Shown: positions 60,001 through 64,000 of the stretch, piece by piece | Layout of the letters: each line of letters begins with the position of its first letter | Position numbering within the stretch: position 1 is the first letter of the stretch | Assembly (NCBI RefSeq): GCF_963676685.1 | Contig: NC_092345.1 | Span: 22,196,001 to 22,260,000, forward strand | Source of the DNA: Mytilus edulis | Taxonomy: Eukaryota | Length of the DNA stretch: 64,000 bases | Direction of reading: 5' to 3' | Notes under the pieces: model-generated | What the model saw: only the letters and a program-made list of their open reading frames with translations | Databases searched by the model: none | What the model was told of the DNA's origin: nothing | Made by a program: the position numbers and the translations under genes

Positions 60001-63000
60001 CCTTTTTTCAAAAAGTTTTTAACCTCTCTGTCCTGGACGATATTGAGGTCCCTTGTTAAAACATAGCCATTAACCGATTTTAATGTCTTCCTTGAAAGAG
60101 GAAATGTTTTTGTAAAAACAGAGTAAAGATTGAAGTAAAATATATACACATACATGTAAATGTTATTATAACGATTCTTTGGGCCTTTTTTTCAAAACGT
60201 TTTTTTACCTCTCTGCCCTGGACGATATTGAGGTCCCCTGTAAAAACATGGTCATTAACCGATTTTAATGTCTTCCTTGAAAGGAGAAATACTTTTGTAA
60301 AAACAGAGTAAAGATTGACGTAAAATATATACACAGAAATGTAATTATAACGACACTTTCAATATATTGATACAAAACGGTTTAAAACAACATACATTTT
60401 CATTGACACAATAACGTAAAATGCCAAATAAATCCAGTATTGGGGTTGATATACCGCGGCAGTTCGGTTTTCTAGTTATTTGTTGAGATAACCCTTAGTT
60501 TGTAATCTATAAATTTGTTTAGGTTGAAGTGTCTATTAAAATTTACCTACACAATCAACCTTCACAAATTTAGATAGATTTACTTGTTGGATAGATATTT
60601 TATCTTTTCGTTGGTTACATAAAACATTGCAATCAGAAAAAAAATTCACTATGAGCAGGTACAATGATATTATATTTTGTTTGGGGTTGTTAAAACACGA
60701 CAGATTGCACTTGCATTGAATGACGTGGTTTTAAAGGATATTCAGATCAAGAAATGGAAAAATAATTCATCTTTTTGGGGTTTCTTTTAAGATTTTTGTC
60801 ATTTTCACATATGGACATATAACAGTTAAACTATAAAGTATTCGAATTAAAATAGTTGCAAAACCTAAATGATTGCTCTGTTAATATACATTCTAAACAA
60901 AGCATTAAAAAAACGTTGTTCCATATCTTGCTTATGTAATGTATGCTCAATGAACTCAACGTTTTGTTTTAAATATTTTTCTGGAAATTACCGGCGATAT
61001 TTTTCTTAACTTCATGTCAATTAGTACAAGGCCAATGTAAAATGTCAGTTACTATACATGGTTTACTCTAGCCAAAATGTTCATCTACTTGAAACAGATC
61101 TTTGGATATTACGTTTTATATACAAACGTCAGTTCACTGTTGTATGATACATCAATGAAAATATTTTCTTATATGTGTTGTAGATCACGCTCCTTGGCCT
61201 GAAATTGAATTAAGAGAAAAAGAATTTTTCGAACTTTTAGTAAGGACAGTCGGTACTGAAATAGATATACGTACTAGACAAAGATTATTTATTTTACAAG
61301 ATATGATTATTAATGAAATAAATGATAATACACAAATATCGAGTGGAAGTTTGGCAGAAGGACTCGATTTAGCAGGAAGTGATGTAGATATAATGTACGT
61401 ACTCAATGAAGCAGCTGTCATACGGAATGTACGAAATGCTAAATCTGTTCATCGTTGTAAAAAAGCATTGCAAACAATATTTGTTATGGAGACTGATAAT
61501 AATCATTATGGTTTTATTCGACTGAGATTATTTGCTGCGGGGGATAAGTTTTTTGATAATATAACATCTAAATGCTTTGAGAGCACTGCAAAAGGTTTAT
61601 ATCTTTCAGTTAATGGATTTGTTAATAATATGAAGAAAAAATGGCCACATCTTAACCTTATTTCACACGGTCCATGTCTGACCGATACAGATCAACATGA
61701 TGATCTTGCATTCTGCCTACGAAGTAAATATTTACCTTACAACGCAAGTCCATGGGAAATGCGTTGTCGAAAGCAATGGCCCTCTAATGTCGTGATTGAC
61801 AAGATTAAACAATACGGATGTTTGCTAGTACCTATAGGACCGAAGAATGTGTCAGCTTCTAATATATTATGGAGATTGTCTTTCTCCATGGCAGAAAAAC
61901 AACTAGTGCATTCGTTTAATTATACTCAATTCTTGTGTTACGCTCTTCTCAAGATAACATTAAAGCGTATCATTAATACAAATAATGATATCAAAGAGTT
62001 ATTGTGTTCGTATTTTATGAAGACGGCTTTATTCTGGGTCTCAGAGGAAGTGGACATTGACACATTTCAAATACCTAAATTATATACTTGTTTTTTTCTC
62101 TGCTTGAATAAATTGATATCATGGGTAAAAAACTGTTACTGTCCAAATTATTTTATACCTGAACACAACATGTTCCTTGAAAAGATCACGCCGGAAAACA
62201 ATAAAATGGTACTACGTGTACTTAACACCATACAGTCTGGCGGAATTGAAAGATTGACGAGGAATTTATTTCTGCCGCATGATGGAAATCCTCTTTTTGT
62301 AAGTACAAAGAGTGAATCTTCGTTCATTACGCTAGACTTATTATTTTTCAGGATAAGTGGATATTGGGTTGCGACTCATATTTCACAGTGTTATAAAGCA
62401 ATGGCACTAATTGAATCTTTAATTAAGTCAGAATCGTCTCCGTTCATTATTGGTGTATGTAAACATGAATACGCTATATTTAGTACATTAGCAGTACAAC
62501 TTCTATTACCACCAACCATATTAAATAAAATGTACAAACGTTATCATAAACATTTACAAGACTGTATCAAGACAGATGCTGTTTCGGGTTGGTTGTTATA
62601 TGCGTCTTTTTATTATGTGACAGGACAATACAACGTAACACTCAAACTGATAGATTATGTTCTATCAAGATGTTCACCTGATTTAGTGTATAAGGACTGT
62701 ATCTATTGGGAGCAATGTATAAACCGTTACAGGCATAATGTCCATTACAAAAGGACATCAAATGAGAGGATGAAAATAGCCACTATAGATCTAATTTATT
62801 ACTTGCAGCACTCTTCATTAATACCAAAAGAACTACAACTTGAGGTGGAATACGGAGACTTTTCTATACCGCCAATTACAATGTCTCATTGCCTTAGATT
62901 TCTATGCTACCACCATCAGGGCAATACTTTAAACAGACAACACGCTTTACGTGATTTATACTCAGCAGTGAAAGACGATTTTGTCAAAGGACTTAAAAAG

Positions 63001-63150
63001 ATATCTGATTCATTAACAGTACTTGGAGTATGTATGGAGTTGTCAGGAGATAAAAACAAAGCGTATAATTGTTATCAAAATGCATTACAGTGTGAGTTTA
63101 TTATATGTTCTTCAGCAAAAGTTAGGATATCAAAGCTTTTCGGCTTATAA
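57036..63150 (+). CDS. cGAS-like receptor (cGLR, Mab21-family nucleotidyltransferase) with C-terminal TPR-like helices, ~765 aa
   Basis: Exons 57036-57366 (donor AAAG|GTAATA) and 61184-63150 (acceptor TTGTAG|), phase 1 compatible. Motifs SSGSLAEGLDLAGSDVDIM, HGPC, HDDLAFCL, WRLSFSMAEKQL, LCSYFMKTALFW, CPNYFIPEHNMF. The Mab21 exon is secure; joining of the first exon is inferred. Confidence 0.88.
59040..60760 (-). mobile_element. Degraded PLE remnant in the cGLR intron
   Basis: KVPTNYWLPKLHK, FVFVPADKTANN and HVFTGDLNIV...KGPKYHPPSKIDW fragments with frameshifts. Confidence 0.7.
59636..60352. repeat. ~178-bp tandem repeat, 4 copies, inside the PLE remnant
   Basis: gatattgaggtccc anchors at 59683, 59861, 60039 and 60224. 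Confidence 0.9.
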
Positions 63151-64000
63151 CGTGAGTTTTGACGTAGTATCGACAAAGTCACTATGACACAGTTGTTCAG
63201 TAAATGGCGACCGTTCGGTGTGAACATACACGAGCTTAATGTATCAACTGATATACGCTATCGTCATACTCTGGGGCAGATGGTATGGTAAAGCGGTTAA
63301 ACAGGAAATTGACAATTAGAAAATTAAATAACTCATACTTCAATTACAATTAATGATCATAGTTCATTTAGAAAACAGAAGGAATATACCAAGGGACAAC
63401 TAGAACTCGTAAGAGAAAATGACAATGTCATATCAAAATCAAATCGCGACGAAATGAAAACACATCAACACATAACTGCATTACACATTTAACACACAAA
63501 TATGGATACCACAACCTATCAATAAGTTGACACTGCATTTAAATGCTACATGAACTACGTGACTTATACATGGAATAATATCCAACCACTGACTCAGGCT
63601 TCTAATCAAGTGAGCTTCAAAATACTAGAAGTATACGGTAAATCATTACTGCTGCCACATGTGTCATTGGCTTGACAAATCTAAGTAATGTTCAAAGGAA
63701 TTACACTAATTTCATTAGCTGACAAGAAGTAGTGCGTCAAGAGACAAAAACCCGACCGAAGAGCAGACAACATTGTTCATTGTAAAGACATTTTGTATTT
63801 ATAGAATGTTTTGCATGTTGTGATAATGGTAGACTTTTGACAAATCTAATCATAAATTTAAAACTTTTACAGTCAACTGACTTTACCTATGACCCTCGTA
63901 TTCATTTATACATATGATGTCTTGATACTAAATCTAAACAAATATATCAATGTTGATTTGAATTACATTTTATATGCATATATTACATTAAGAAAGAGAA

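Noticed and set aside
61303-63150. Bacterial CBASS CD-NTase or horizontally acquired operon
   Set aside because: Spliceosomal acceptor upstream, metazoan Mab21 motifs, and no adjacent Cap effector genes.

Overview
AT-rich eukaryotic (intron-containing) genomic DNA, most likely from a bivalve mollusc (Mytilus-like, inferred from the repeat families and the bivalve-type Mab21/cGLR and B-box genes). Five protein-coding genes can be read by following GT-AG junctions: (1) the first coding exon of an aminergic-like class A GPCR (-); (2) a 6-exon, 302-aa polytopic membrane protein built from an internal duplication (-); (3) a 6-exon, ~647-aa protein fusing RING-less TRIM-type B-box1/B-box2/coiled-coil to a Src-like tyrosine pseudokinase (DFG->GFG, alphaC Glu->Gln) and ending in a K-Ras-like basic tail plus CaaX (CTIS) (+); (4) a 3-exon MFSD4/NaGLT1-like MFS transporter (+); (5) a 2-exon, ~765-aa cGAS-like receptor (Mab21 NTase, intact catalytic motifs) with an unrecognised basic N-terminal exon (+), plus two upstream cGLR pseudogene fragments. 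Non-coding DNA holds hammerhead-ribozyme (HHR) repeats with a ~355-nt monomer (non-LTR retrozyme type), Penelope-like and Tx1/L1-like retroelement remnants, PIF/Harbinger and other TIR elements, minisatellites and two local tandem segmental duplications. All gene models are manual and untested by transcript data. The strongest candidates for novelty are the B-box/coiled-coil/pseudokinase/CaaX protein and structural details of the ribozyme repeats.
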